A stretch of DNA of 64,000 nucleotides, from assembly GCA_052327205.1 (NCBI GenBank), contig CM126207.1, positions 239,568,001-239,632,000 on the forward strand, written 5' to 3'. The notes beneath the pieces are model-generated. The model saw only the letters and a list, made by a program, of their open reading frames with translations, did no database searches and had not been told where the DNA came from. Within the stretch, counting starts at the first letter, position 1; each line of letters starts with the position of its first letter. Origin of the DNA: Somniosus microcephalus. Its lineage: Eukaryota. A program made the position numbers and the translations under genes. This document shows positions 11,803-24,921 of the stretch, in pieces.

Positions 11803-12518
11803 GGCCCAGATTTTACAGGGCCTATGATGGCGTACACACAGTGTACATCGTCGTAAGTGCTCCGCAAGTTCTAGCATGCGCGAAAACCCAGAACTTGCTA
11901 TGTCAATTGACTTTCGCTGGCACAGAGTTGGGCTATTTGCCCAGCTACTGCCCAGCGAATACCCACCAAACCCTTACGTCTGATAAAAGCAGGCATAAGA
12001 CATTCTTTTACCAGCGTAAGCGTTTAAATAAATGTTAAAATAACATTTTTTAAATGATTTAAACATTCCCTTACATTTAAAATTAGGTTAGGTTATTTTT
12101 GTCCCATTTAAAAATGTTAACATTTATTTTTCAAAAAATTAGATTTTTATTTTTAATTTTTAATTAAATGGTATTTTAATTAATTTTGAACCTGTGATTA
12201 ATTATTTTTATTTCAGTGTTGTGAAATTGTATTTTTTAGGGGATTCCTATTATGCTTATGGGGATTCCATACATAAATGGAATTCCCCTAAGCATAATAG
12301 GAATCCCCCTTTGTCATTGGCTGGGCTGGCCTACATGATCCCAGGGATGCTTGCGAACCGCATGCACCCCTGGGATACGTGGGCCTTTACGCAGACGTAC
12401 GCCAGCAGGCCCAGGACCGCAAGAGTTCGAAGGTCCGCAGGCAGCAGGTAAGTGCAGAGTTTTCTTGCGGTTCGGTAGTGTTCGCCCACAGCAAGCCTCC
12501 GACTGTAATTTCCAGGCC
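11803..12518. mobile_element. Harbinger-type MITE, family A
   Basis: Ends ggcccagatttt / aatttccaggcc; flanks TAT/TTT. Reverse-complement homologue of 53538-54251 along its length. Confidence 0.8.
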
Positions 12519-13559
12519 TTTGACAATATGTTCTGGAAAAACTGATTTCTGTAAATCAATAATCTCCTTAACAGTTATCAAACAAACTTTTATTGTACAT
12601 AAACAAAGTATGATAGAATCTTATTTATCTTCAGATGTGTTTCCACTCATGTCTACGTTTCAATTTCATCTCGTACACTCTCGTCACACAACAGGCGTGC
12701 TACACCACATGTAACACTTCATTACAGATACAAAATAATCTTCAAAAAAGAGAAAGGCAGCGACTAACCTGGAGCCTGAAAGTTACAAGCAGTTGCAACT
12801 GCCGTCTGATTTATTTCAGCAGTTTATAAGTAGCTATAGGTAACTGAATTTACTTATATAGATCAGTGGCCTTAAAGGCACTGGCCATGTTTATGCTCCA
12901 GACCCCAGATCCTTGAGCTACAATATGGGAGATCTGCTCGTGTGTGTATATTTTAAGTTATTAATCTCCCATGGTATTGCACACATGGTCATTAGTAATG
13001 CTGCTCTATGTATATTTGTATATGTTTTATTGGTCACGTTGAGTATATTTGTGCTACTTTGATCCCTTAAAAAGACAGAATAAATGTGTCAATTTAGATG
13101 TTTTAGATTTTATTTACTGTTAGCCTCAGGGAGGTGCTGCAGTCTGAGTGTGTGTGGTATGCACAACCTCCCACCATGCACCAATAGGATTTTCTCACTA
13201 CAAGCAAAAGACTGTGGTTGATTTTGTTGTGTAGCGCAGATCAGAAGGGCCCATCTGATGACATAGGTGGGGAGCCCGATCAATTTTGGTGGTCAAGTCT
13301 CATTTAAAGCTTTCCCTGACTACAGCTAATGGTCCCTTTAAATAGTGCTAGCACTATTGGTTGCCCCATCAAGCTATATTGTCCATAGTTTGTGGGTGTG
13401 TTAAGGTGGTGGCAGCGCTGATTGAAAACAAATATGGTGTTGGGGGTCCTAACAGCATTAGTTGATCCTTATTTGAATGTTTTAATTAGGTCACTTCATG
13501 TTTCCAGTGGGCGTAATGGCCGGTTAAATAAAAAATTGGAATAAATTGCCGTTTTTTTC

Positions 13560-13751
13560 TCTTGAAATTTTCATCCTGCTACCATCCGTTTAAAGTCAGA
13601 AGCTCTAATCTGGTGGAGCAGGTAAGTAGGACTATTTTCCTTTTCGTCCCAAAGAGGCATCAGGATAGGCCTCATACAAAAATAGGTCAGCATAGGGGAA
13701 GGGGGGTGAGATGGGATGGATTGTCGTGCTGCACCTCAGGAAAATACCAGG
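13560..13751 (-). mobile_element. Possible very old L1/Tx1-like LINE remnant, continuing at about 21047-21560 beyond the BEL insertion
   Basis: Reads HPIS..FPYADLFLY (cf. RT motif HKISLYADD.LLY); weaker RT-like traces on the other side of the BEL element. Heavily decayed. Confidence 0.3.
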
Positions 13752-14184
13752 TGTAGTGGCGCTTCTTAGTTTCCAAACAGGCAGCCACTGAGCTGTGGGG
13801 CTGTTAACAACGAGTAGACGCGTGTCGAAATAAAACGTTCCCAAACGTAGCTTTGTCTTTTAAACTGTTTACTATAACACTTCACAAACGGAATTACAAA
13901 GCAAACACGTATAAACGAACACGGTCAAAAACTGTATTGCTCCAAACCTCACAACTTCTGCCTCCTTCAGCCACGTGGAGTTTAAACTGTAAAATGGCTG
14001 CGTACCATGTGTGGCTTAAGGACTGTACCATTGTGGCGAGAATGAAGGGGGTGTCTCGGACTATACTACTGGAGCAAGAAAATGGGGGGTTTCTTAATAC
14101 AATAAGTCAATCAGGTAAATTAACTGTATTATGCTATTTAACCAATATTTTAAAGTATTTTCTTAAGCTTTTATGGCTCTTACA
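13752..14184 (-). repeat. 3' LTR of BEL/Pao element
   Basis: Direct repeat of 20609-21041. Confidence 0.97.
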
Positions 14185-14305
14185 TTCCGGCCCCTAATTG
14201 ACTAGGCACATGAAGCGTCTCAATTACTCAAACATTAAGAGTCATAAACTAATGAGTTCAACATATTTACAATATAAGTGTCCACTTTTTTCGTTCAGGA
14301 GCTTT

Positions 14306-17300
14306 TCACGCTGCTTCTTGTAGCAGGCAGAGCTTGGTGATCGGTCTTTCCAGGGTACTGGTCTTGGTTTGCAAACAAACGCGACGAACGACGCCTCTGG
14401 AGTCTGGCATGGTCTTAATTATTTTTCCCATCAACCAAGAATTTCTAGGGGCTGAATCATCCACGATTAAGACAGTGTCTCCGACAATGAAGTTCCTCTT
14501 TATTTTGGACCATTTTTGACGCTCCTGTAGCAGAGGTAAGTATTCTCTTGTCTATCTGGTCCAGAAAAGGTCTGACATATACTGAACTTGCCTCCACTTC
14601 CGACGGGCATACAGATCTTCCTTTTTGAAGACTCCCGGGGGCATGGCTGGCTGTGTTTTCAACAACAACAGGTGGTTCGGAGTCAGGGCTTCCAGGTCGT
14701 TGGGATCAGCTGATGTCTTAGTTATCGGTCGGTCATTAATGATGGCTTCGACCTCGCACAGAACGGTTTGGAGTCCCTCGTCGTCGAGCACTTGCTGCTT
14801 CAGTACAGAACTGAGTAGTTTTCTTACGGTGCGTATCTGTCTTTCCCAGACACCTCCATGGTGGGATGCAGCCGGAGGATTGAAGATCCACTTAATTCCT
14901 GTTTGCATCATGGCTTCCTGTATTTTAAGCCGATTCCAACCTTCAATAGCTTCCCGTAGTTCTCTCTCCGCTCCGACGAAATTAGTGCCATTATCAGAAC
15001 GCATAATGGACACCTGACCTCTTCTACAGACAAAGCGCCGCAAGGCGTTAATACAGGAATCAGTGTCAAGCGTGTGTGCCACCTCAATATGAACTGCTCT
15101 GATGGTCAAACAAGTGAAAAGCACACCATATCTCTTGACAAGGCTCCGTCCTCGCTTTACCTCGAAAGGCCCGAAATAGTCCACCCCTGCGTTTGTAAAT
15201 GGGGGCTTGTCTGGTAACAAACGGTCTTCAGGCAGGTCTGCCATTTTCTGCTCCCCAGCTCTAGCGTGTAACCGTCTGCAAACAATGCATTCAGAGAGTA
15301 TTTTTCTTATTACAGAATTAGCTCCTGGAATCCAGTATCTTTGTCTTAGCTTCGCAAGCACGTGATTCCTCCCACTGTGTCCAATACTCTGGTGTATATG
15401 CTGAAGAATGAGAGTAGCAACCCGGAGGTCCTTAGAAAGGATAGCAGGATGCTTGGCCTCCTCTGGCATAGCAGATTTGTTTAGTCTCCCTCCCACCCTC
15501 AGTACTCCATCTTGCAGTGTAGGATCCAGCTTGTAGATATGACTACCTTCCTTGATTGGAGTATTTCGCTGTAAAGCTTCGATTTCTTCTGGGTATCTTT
15601 GTCTTTGACTGAAGCAAACTATCTCCATCTCAGCCTTGGCCAAATCCTCCACGGTCAATGAATTCTTACCCAATGTGGTCTTGTGCTGATGCATATACTG
15701 CTGTCGAAGCATTCTCTGCTTATCGGGGTTACTTTCAGACTGACTGATAGTGGCTCGGTACTCTTTTCTCTTACCGCTCAGGTGTAGCAGCAACTCTTTC
15801 AACCTTAGAAACCATGCAACTGCTTTCCTCAACTGGTGCCATCCTGAGAAATGGTTAACAAGCTTGTTCACTGTGTCAAAGTTCTCTTTCGTAGTTATGA
15901 GATTTACTGTGACTGATCTCTTGACTTCGACGTCGTCTTCAGCAATCTGACTTGGCATATCTGGTCTTTCTGGCCATGATCTCTCTGTTTCCAGCAGATA
16001 ACTTGGGCCTTGTATCCAAGTTTCACTCCTCATGAAGTTTTCAGCCTTCAATCCCCGTGAGGCTTGATCTGCTGGGTTTAATGAGGTGTTTACATACCTC
16101 CATTGAGATGGTTGTGTAGCTTCTCTAATGGATGAGATTCTGTTTGCTACGAAGGTCTTGAAGCGTATCTTCTCATTCTCTATATACTTCAGCACCGTCG
16201 TGCTATCCGTCCAGAAGACAGATTCTTCTAGTGGGAGCTGTAACTCTTTCCGCATCGCCTGGTCAACTTTAACTGCAACAACCGCTGCCGTCAACTCCAG
16301 TCTCGGGATGGTGATCTGCTTCAGCGGAGCCACCCTGGATTTCCCCATGAGGAAGGCACAATGTTTCTGGCCCTGTTGATTTGTCAGCAAGAGGTAAGCA
16401 GCCGTGCCATAGCCGTCCTCACTGGCGTCCGAGAAATGATGTAGTTGAGCCGTCTTTGTAACTCCAAAACTCACGGGCTTGATGCATCTACTGACGTTGA
16501 AGCTAGAGTGTTGTTGCAAATCTGTCAACCATCTGAGCCATCTCTGAGCTTGACCTTCTGGGATATCTTCATCCCATCCTCTCTTGTCTCTACACAGCTC
16601 TCATAGCATCAGCTTCACCGGCAGAATGAGTGGTGCCAGGAATCCAAGAGGGTCGTAGATGGAACTGACCACGGAGAGAATCCCTCGTCTTGTGGATGGT
16701 CTTTCGTTCACCATTATCCTGAAGTTGAACGTGTCTGACTCAATGCACCATTGTACACCAAGAGCTCTCTCGATAGGAAGGACATCGTGGCTCAGGTCCA
16801 GATCTTTGACTTCAGTGGCTCTTTCCTTTTCTGGGATAGAAGCTAGAACTGCTCTGCTGTTGCTTAGCCACTTAGTCAGATGGAATCCTCCATTCGAACA
16901 CAGAGTTCTAAGGTCTCTTGACAGTGCGATGGCATCGTCTTCTGTTGACACGGACTTCAGACAGTCATCGACATAAAAGTTTCTGAAGATTGTCTCCACA
17001 GCCTCTGATGGTGCTTTGCCTTTGCCATCTTCTGCAGTTTTTCTGAGAGCGTAGCTTGCACAGCTGGGAGATGATGTGGCTCCGAACAAGTGTACGGCCA
17101 TTCTACATTCCACCATCGCTTGACTAACGTCGCCATCTGGCCACCAAAGGAAACACAGAAGATCAGCATCTTCATCAGGGATTCTGACTTGGTAGAACAT
17201 TGATTCTATGTCTGCCATCATGGCAACGAGCTCTTGTCTAAACCTGGTCAAGACGCCAATGAGGGTATTAGTAAGATCAGGACCTTGAAGCAGCTGGTCA

Positions 17301-20300
17301 TTCAGTGAAGTTCCTCTGAATGAGGCGGCGCAGTCAAACACTACACAGATCTTTTTCTTCTTTGGGTGATACATGCCGTGATGAGGAATGTACCAGACCC
17401 TTCCATCGTCTCTGTTCAACTGTTCCTCGGGCACTTTTACAGCATAGCCTTTCGCTATGATGTTTCTCATGAAGCCTTTGTAGTCTTCGTGAAAGTCGGG
17501 GTTCTTGTTCAGCTTTCTCTTTAGACTGATGGAGCGTTGCTCTGCTATGCAGCGATTGTTCGGCATCTTCGCGGTCTGTCTTCTCAGTGGCAAACTAATG
17601 TGATAGTGGCCATCAATGAACTGTGTAGACCTTGTCATCAAATCCATGAACTGATGGTCTTCTTGTGACATCTCTGTCTTTTCCTCACAGCTGCGTTCTG
17701 AAAAGTCTGCGTTGAACTGCTGTATCAACAGCTCTTCAATGCTTGCGATAGAGATGCGATTAACTGTGACATTTTGTCGTTCCTCCTTGTTCGACTTGTT
17801 GCCATCATCTCTCCTTACCGGTCCATTGACTACCCATCCAAGGGCTGTCCTGACGGCGTAGGGTCCGTCATCCTTGCTGTTTATCACCTGCCGTGGCTCC
17901 ATAGTTTTGTAGGCATTGGTTCCAATTAATAGGCCAATTTCTGCTTCAATGTATGGGAGACGCACCTTTTCTAGGTAAGGCCATCTATCCACATCCTTCT
18001 GCAGGGCTAAGTTCCCTATTCTAACAGGAATCTCCCTCTGTGTGAAAACATTAGGCAGGTCTATGAAGTCCTTCTCTTCAAGTCCACACACTTCTAAGTC
18101 TGACAGGATATAACTTTGCATTGACTTCTCATGACCCATGGTGCGTAATAGGATTTCTGTTCTTCTGCCTCTAACGTTCAGCTGTCGCATGAGTGATTCT
18201 GTGCAGAACGTTGCTGAACTACCTGGATCCATGAAGGCATAAGTCTCCACAAGCTTCTCGCTCCTCTTAGACTTGATCTTTACTGGTACGATGGCAAGAA
18301 TACAATCACTGTCACCGGCCCCAGTGAGTCCACAAGTCTCTGGTTCTAGCGACACCAGAGCACTTGAAACAACCTTCTCGTCGGTATTGTTTTCTTCACT
18401 CTTCTTAGAGACTTGTTCTTCTTTATGGATATGCAGCAGACTGGGATGTTTCCGAGTGCACTCTCTGCATGTTGTTCTTTGCTTACAGTTTCTACTCAGG
18501 TGCCCCTGAGAGAGACATCCAAAACATAGGCCGTTGTACTTCAGGAATTCGATTCTGTCCTTATGTGGCTGTGCTTTGATGTCGCTGCAGAAATCCAATG
18601 TATGATTCTTCTGGCAGAATAAGCATGGCTTCTGAAAGGCATTAGCAGGCGTCACTGTGCTGCTCTTTTTGGGAGATGAGTTCTGGGGCCTTTATTCCTC
18701 GGCCTGAGTGACGATAGTTGCAAAGTTGCTTCCCCTGGAACCACCTTTCCTGAGAGTCTTTGATTCAACAGGCTTGGCTTTCACTCTTCCATCGGTGGTC
18801 GGGCTGGCGTCCTGGATGTTTCCAAACAATGGGTCCCTAGCAATTTTAGCCTGTTTGTCTATGAAATTCACTAAGTCTGCAAACCTGGCTCTACTTTTCC
18901 GTCTCTCCATTATCTCAAAGGCTGTTCTTCTCCATTGTTCTCTCATCCTGTAAGGAAGCTTAGAGATGATGATTCTCATAGTCGTAGGATTGTCCATCTC
19001 TTCCATGAATTCAACATCCTCCATGGTGTTGCGACATCCTATGAGGAAAAGAACATATGCGTTCAATGCCTCTCCATCCTCCGATCTGATCTGTGGCCAC
19101 TTGGTAGCCTTTTCAATATACGCAGTGGCTATCTTCAGCTCGTTACCATAGTGCTCCTGCAGCAACTTCCTGGCTTCTATGTATCCCCGGTCCGGTCTCA
19201 TGTGTTCACAGCTTCTGACCAGGTCTTGTGGTTTACCACTGGTGTACTGTCCCAGGTAGTACAACTTATCACTGCTGCTCTCTGTCTTGGAGTCAATGGC
19301 TTGTTCAAAGGATCTGATGAAGGGCTTATACTTGAGTGGGTCGCCTTGGAACACTGGTATGTCTCTTTGAGGGAGTCGAAACAGATTCTGTTGTTTTACA
19401 AGCATCTCTGTAATTTCGTTCTGACGTTGCATCACTCGGTATAGGCTTCTCCCTGTGTCTTCAGGCCTCTGGTGGTCATCAGCAGGGTCTAGTCTAGACC
19501 GTCTGATGTCTGGGGTAGCATCACGTGCTCCTGTTAGTGGAGAGGCCACTCTTCCACGCTGTAATGCCAGGGGATTGCCTTCGGACTCTCTTGTAACTCT
19601 TGAAGGTGCCCTGGATCCAACTCTATGTGACAACATTGACTGGCAGTATTCGCTCCCGCCGTCCCGTGAGCCTTCATAATCTTCATACGCACTCAACCTG
19701 GCGTCTGAGACCGCGATAGCTGTTTTTATCTCCAGCTGTTCTTTCTTTGCCTGCACCTGGGCCTGCAGTTGGGCCTGCACTTGGGCCTGCAGTTGGGCCT
19801 CTTGGACCTGCAGTTGGGCCTCTTCCCGTTCAAGAGCTTGCTTCTCCGCTAAAGATGCTGCGCGCGCCATCAACGCCGCCCGTTCAACCTCCTCTCTCAT
19901 GCGTCGCGACGAGCTTGTGGTAGAAACGACTGACCTGCGTCCAGAAACAGAGCTACCTTCTTTTCGATTTTTGCTCGGCCTGGCGGAAGTCTCTGAAATG
20001 CTATCGTCTGGTCCGACTTCATCGTCAACTTTATCTTTCTCTGCTGTATCAGCATCTTGACGAATCTTTAACATCCACTGTTCTGTGGCCTTGATATAGT
20101 CCTTAATGCTGGTTGATTTAAGATCAAACCAGTTGTGCTGATCAGCGTTTCCCTCTTCTTCAGACAGAAGTGCTAATACATCTTCATTGAGTACATTAAA
20201 TTCTTCATGCAGCTTGGAGAAATCGTAATACATTATGTCTTCAGCTTTCTTAATATTAGCATTATCTTCCATGAGACGATCAATTATCTTCATTTTTCCA

Positions 20301-20446
20301 GTTATCTGAGCTAATTTAGCCTTCCTTGCACCTATGCTTCTATGTAACTTCTCTTCCATTGCCTTTGGGGGGAGCTTTATTTCCCTCTTTTGGCCAGCAA
20401 TCCTTCTGGCTGGGGGAAGCTCCTGGCTCCGTAAGGCCTCGGCCAT
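14306..20446 (-). pseudogene. BEL/Pao gag-pol polyprotein: one reading frame with three premature stops (18692, 16601, 14552)
   Basis: The three ORFs (20446-18692, 18655-16601, 16528-14552) and the tail to 14306 are in the same frame. Motifs: FQGDPLKY gag; three Cys/His knuckles (CLFCQKNHTLDFC, CFGCLSQGHLSRNC, CRECTRKHPSLLH); protease FMDPGSSATF; RT YIPHH, LFGATSSP, FYVDD; Pao RNase H HHFSDASEDGYG, TIPRLEL; integrase GVDYFGP, SDNGTNF, GGVWER. Confidence 0.95.
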
Positions 20447-20608
20447 TTTACCCGCAGCTCTTATTTAGCTTCTCAATAGAATGAACAAAGCAAGTAACAG
20501 TCACTGTACCTTCGCTTTCTTATATTGTCGTCTGGCTCCGTGACCATTCATGTATACGTTCGCCGACGATTCCGTCCTTTCCTTCTTAGGGAGCAAGTTT
20601 TTGACTAT

Positions 20609-21041
20609 TGTAGTGGCGCTTCTTAGTTTCCAAACAGGCAGCCACTGAGCTGTGGGGCTGTTAACAACGAGTAGACGCGTGTCGAAATAAAACGTTCCCA
20701 AACGTAGCTTTGTCTTTTAAACTGTTTACTATAACACTTCACAAACGGAATTACAAAGCAAACACGTATAAACGAACACGGTCAAAAACTGTATTGCTCC
20801 AAACCTCACAACTTCTGCCTCCTTCAGCCACGTGGAGTTTAAACTGTAAAATGGCTGCGTACCATGTGTGGCTTAAGGACTGTACCATTGTGGCGAGAAT
20901 GAAGGGGGTGTCTCGGACTATACTACTGGAGCAAGAAAATAGGGGGTTTCTTAATACAATAAGTCAATCAGGTAAATTAACTGTATTATGCTATTTAACC
21001 AATATTTTAAAGTATTTTCTTAAGCTTTTATGGCTCTTACA
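20609..21041 (-). repeat. 5' LTR of BEL/Pao element
   Basis: Direct repeat of 13752-14184. Confidence 0.97.
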
Positions 21042-21879
21042 CCAGGGATTGACTCACGAGGGGTTATACAGAAAATGAATGGGAAAATACAGCCTGATCC
21101 GATCGGGTTTCTCCAGTTATGTCAGTGCTGTCAGTGTTGGGATAAGAGAAATTTCTCAACCATTTTAACCCAGTGTGAAATTCAGACATTTCCACCACAC
21201 TGTTAGCACAGACCTGCAGATCTCTGGGATGAATAACGGGGTAAATCTCTACAAGTAGAAGACCTGGGTGTGGTGAAGATCCGTCATGTCACATTTTGAA
21301 AAGCTATCTCACTGGTGCAGAGAGCTGTCCACTTATCATGTCCTTCGTAGTCTTGGGGCCTCTAAAGGTACTTGATCCTCTCTTCAGTTGATTCTTTTTT
21401 TACCTGAAGTATTTTGTGGCCTTTACTAGGCCCTTATTGGAACCTATGATTGGTATACGGGGCGGAATTTCCCAGGGGTGGCCCAGGAACTCTCCCAGGC
21501 ATACTTCCTTGATATAGGATTGCAGATGGAAGATCCTCTCTCTTCCATCCCCCTTTCCCCACCCCAACTGGAATTTCCAGGTCTTCTCTCCACAGGATGG
21601 AATCGCAGTAGTCCTGGGTTCCACCCCATTTTTCTAGCCCCACTCCTCCCCGGCACTTATTCTGGAGATGCATCATCACTCACCCTGCTATCAGAGTGAA
21701 GCAGTAGTGGTAGCTCGATCTCAAACTGGTTATTCCTGCTGACATTTAAGCATGAGCATTCATTGTTTTGACAATAGCATGTCACAAATACTGCAGAAGA
21801 GTTTAGCAGTCCACATTCCCATGGACTATGTGAAAAGTTCTCCTCAACCAACAGTAGATTAACTGGTTCTTCATATCAT

Positions 21880-21975
21880 TGTGGAGTTTTGCTGTGCATA
21901 AGATGGTTGCTGCATTTGCCTACATAACAACATCATCTGCACCTAAAAGTAATTTGTTGTATACGAAGTGCGAAC
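21880..21975 (+). mobile_element. SINE 3' fragment (DeuSINE/SacSINE-like)
   Basis: gctgtgcataagatggttgctgcatttgcctacataacaac resembles the reverse complement of 47965-48010; family assignment is from recall. Confidence 0.45.
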
Positions 21976-23239
21976 AAACCCTCTAAATATGTTCGGGAAT
22001 ATGTGACTACAGGATAAGGAGGATCTGGCCCAGCATTCATTACCCATTCATCAATGACAAATTCAGAGGTGGTAGATGCTCTCAGGAAAGGCATCATCGT
22101 GGGTACCCAGAGCCCTTGAGAATGCAAGAAAGTAGCAAAGCACAATCTATTCCCTGAAATCCTCAGCCAGACACCAAAAAAGACACTGTTTTGAAGATAT
22201 CCATCCCATTTTTGACCATGAACAAGGTTCATTGCTTGTTCATCTATTTTTGGTTGAGTAAAAGCGTTGGCCAACATACGAGGAGAATTCTTCACACAGC
22301 CAATAGGAATGTGGACAAATTGTAATGTGGACTGCTAAACTCTCCTGCAGTATTTGTTGAATGCTCATAATTAAATGTCAGCAGGAGTGACCAGTTTGAA
22401 CTGCAGCTACCACTGCTGCTTCACTCAGAAGAAATTGGTATGTGTTGTTTTAAATGGCCCCTAACAAGTCCTTAACACATTTAAGCAGTCTTGCTTTGGA
22501 TTTTTTAAAATACTTTCAGAACACACTATAGGTATTAGAAGAAAACTAACAGTGCTGAAAATGACCCAAATTGTGCTTTGTTCCTGGATTTAGATTGCTA
22601 CTGAGTTTCTTTGCTGCAATTAGTGCTGAGAGCAGAGAAGTAAATTAACAGTAAATTCAGTAAAATTCTAGGGTGGTTCATTAATTATCATTTGAAATGT
22701 GTATGTTAATTATGCTGTTCCAGAGAATTGTAGCAACTCCTTTAAATGAGTTACTCAAAAATATTCAGAAAAATCAACATAAATTGGCAGAAAAACAGTT
22801 AGTTCATATTTTTCGGTTTTCGTTTTTAATGGAGGAAACAAGCACTGAACATTGTTCATGGTCAAAATGTGATGTATCTCTTCAAACTGAGAGGTGCTTG
22901 ATTCAGGACAGTGGTACTGCAGTTGAACCCCTCTCTCTCTCTATCTTATTCATGCCTATTTAATTTAATACTGTTCTCAACTTTAAAAAGTCATGCTATT
23001 ATAGTAAGAAACGTGACTCTCGGTGTAGATTATAAGAGGCACTGTACACATTTGTCTTGGTCTCTGTAGCTGTAATGACTCCAACATGACACACCTGGCA
23101 ATGGCAGTTCAGAATTAAGTCAACCCTCTGTAATCCAATATCTGAATCAGGCAGATCCGCAGGCCCTGTTAATAATTGACTAACCAGTCTAGTTCACTAT
23201 TGGAACCTGGAGGGGTAGACCTGTCACTGGTGGTTGGAA

Positions 23240-24190
23240 TTTTTCACACTGAGCTCCAGATAAGTACAATTTCAAAATTTGTGAATGACACCAAATTGAG
23301 TGGTGGGACTATAATTAATACTGAGCAAGACTGTGACAAAATACAAGAAGACATTAATAAATTTGCAGAATGGGTGTGTAATTGGCAAATTAATTTCAAT
23401 ATAGATAAGTGTGAGGTAGTGCATTTTGGTACAAAGAATAAGGAGGCCACATACTGTTTGGATAACGAGTTTAAATGGGGTAGAGGAGCAAAGGGATCTA
23501 GGGGTACAGATATACAAATCACTAAAAGTAGGGAAGCTGGTTAATAAGGCCATTAAAAAAAAACAAGAACTGGGGTTCATTTCTCGAGGGATAGAATTGA
23601 AAAGCAGAGAAATTAATGTTAAACTTGTGTAGAACCTTGGTTAGACCACACTTAGAGTGCTGTGAACTATTCTGGTCTCCATATTATAAAAAGGATATAA
23701 AGGCATTGGAGAAGGTACAAAAAAAGATTCACAAGGATGATACCAGAACTGAGAGGATATACTTATCAGGAAAGGCTGAACAGGCTGGTGCTCTTTTCTC
23801 TAGAAAAGAGAAGGCTGAGGGGTCACCTGATGGGGTTCTTTAATATTATGAAAGGGTTTGATAGGGTAGACATAGATGTTTCCACTTGCAGGAGAGACCA
23901 GAACTAAGGGCCATAAATATAAGACAGTCACTAATAAATCCAGTAGAGAATTCAGGAGAAACTTCTTTACCCAAAGAGTGGTAAGAATATGGAACTCGCT
24001 ACCACAAGGAGTAGTTGAGGCGAATAGCATAGATGCATTTAAAGGGAAGCTAGAGGGAGAAAGGAATAGAAGGATATGCTGGTAGGGTTAGATGAAGTAG
24101 GGTGGGAAGAGGCTCATGTGGAGCATAGACCAGTTGGGCCGAATGGCCTATATCTGTGCTGTAGAATCTATGTAGCTCTATATGTAACTA
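23240..24190 (+). mobile_element. 5'-truncated CR1 LINE fragment
   Basis: ISKFVNDTKL, FNIDKCEVVHFG, LVRPHLECCELFWSPY, RTKGHKYK, RNFFTQRVVRIWNSLP; ctatgta-type tail. Confidence 0.9.
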
Positions 24191-24725
24191 TAACCCTGAA
24201 AATCAATGCAGTAACAGATAGGATGGTCCTAGCTGTCAGTTAGTAGGAGCTTAGTATTGCTTTAGCTGATTAAATGCCAGCAGCATCACTGCACAAGCTT
24301 GGGTCCCTAAACCTGGGCTCTGCCAATCTATGCTTAAGCTCTTTAGATTTGGGTAAGTGGAATGTGTCCCTGTGGGGAAAGAGTGTACAATTTGTATTGG
24401 GCATACAGAAATTCTACATGTGGAAATTTCTTAGTAGCTGGGTGGAGATATCCTTAAACATGGTGTGTGTGCCAATAAGATGTCACTCAAACCTGATAAG
24501 AGGCCAGATTCTGCAAAGTGGAAAACTGTAGGAAGTATTGTTTTAAGACTACTTACTAAGAGATAAAACATGAACTTTGAAGGTTGTAATGATTAATACC
24601 ATCTCTGATTGCAGAAAACTTTATAAATCAAGTATAAGAGAGTTTCCAGCAAACTATTAGTTTTAATTTGATCAGACTGAGGTTCAGTGTGCTCATTCTA
24701 CAAATTAACACAAAGATAACTTATG

Positions 24726-24921
24726 TATTGTGTGTTCTCCTCCCACCTGTGGTGGCGCTGTCACGGCAGATAAATGGTTGGGTGTTCTCTTGGTTAAGTT
24801 TAGCTCTCTTTGTTTGGAACTCTCCAGAACTTTCCTTTCCTTCCTGAATAAAGCACTTCATGTTTGAATCTCTGGGTTCTGAGTTCTAATTGTGTCTAGG
24901 TAGAAAGGTACCGACACAACA
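24726..24921 (+). mobile_element. Solo-LTR-like 196-bp insertion with a 10-bp flanking direct repeat
   Basis: Ends tattgtgt...acacaaca (7 of 8 bp inverted match); internal AATAAA; ATAACTTATG at 24716-24725 and 24922-24931. Confidence 0.6.

Larger units (their letters stand above)
13752..21041 (-). mobile_element. Full-length young BEL/Pao LTR retrotransposon
   Basis: 433-bp LTRs (13752-14184, 20609-21041) with TG...CA ends, differing at one base that I can see (14084 G vs 20941 A). 5-bp TSD CCAGG (13747-13751, 21042-21046). PPT aggggccggaa on -. Confidence 0.97.

Noticed and set aside
13853-14197. Duplicated 114-122 aa ORF (also 20710-21078)
   Set aside because: Lies within the two BEL LTRs on the antisense strand; the duplication is just the LTR pair.
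14190-14305. env-like extra ORF in any of the LTR elements
   Set aside because: Gaps between pol and the 3' LTR are too short (about 120 bp or less) in all four elements.
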